From: Lingula anatina
Taxonomy: Eukaryota > Animalia > Brachiopoda
Direction of reading: 5' to 3'
DNA: 64,000 nucleotides
Assembly: GCA_051362555.1 (NCBI GenBank)
Contig: CM120641.1
Span: 4,216,001-4,280,000, forward strand
Below the pieces are notes generated by a model. It was not told the origin of the DNA, searched no databases, and was given only the letters and a program-made list of their open reading frames with translations. A program made the position numbers and the translations under genes. This document shows positions 63,916 through 64,000 of this stretch, one piece after another (positions within the stretch are counted from its first letter, which is position 1; every line of letters begins with the position of its first letter).

Positions 63916-64000
63916 CACAGTGCACAAGTAATTTAGTACTACCTCCTGAAACTTGATGAAAATGAGCAATAAAATATTTGTAGATCTAATATAATTTATT

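Overview
AT-rich, intron-rich eukaryotic genomic DNA, most likely from a bivalve mollusc (oyster-like; inferred from repeat types and gene style, not proven). I assembled seven spliced genes by hand: DRC7/CCDC135 (-, runs off the left edge), TTC27 (+), PPP1R21 (-), two tandem and strongly diverged TMEM223-like paralogues (+), a UBR1/UBR2-type N-degron E3 ligase (-) and NUDT14 (+). Six of them form three head-to-head pairs with short putative bidirectional promoters. Most short ORFs in the supplied track are exon fragments or repeat artefacts. Introns carry two Helentron/DINE-like (HINE) elements with internal satellite arrays, a 3.2-kb TA-flanked TIR element and many palindromic MITEs. The most striking signal is internal duplication creating alternative coding exons: a 99-nt candidate mutually exclusive exon pair in UBR with an intervening structured intron, two complete alternative last exons in NUDT14, an in-frame 69-bp triplication giving three donors in UBR, and two duplicated acceptors that run into stops. 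No tRNA, rRNA, CRISPR or intact transposase was recognised. All gene names come from remembered protein similarity, and no database search was run.
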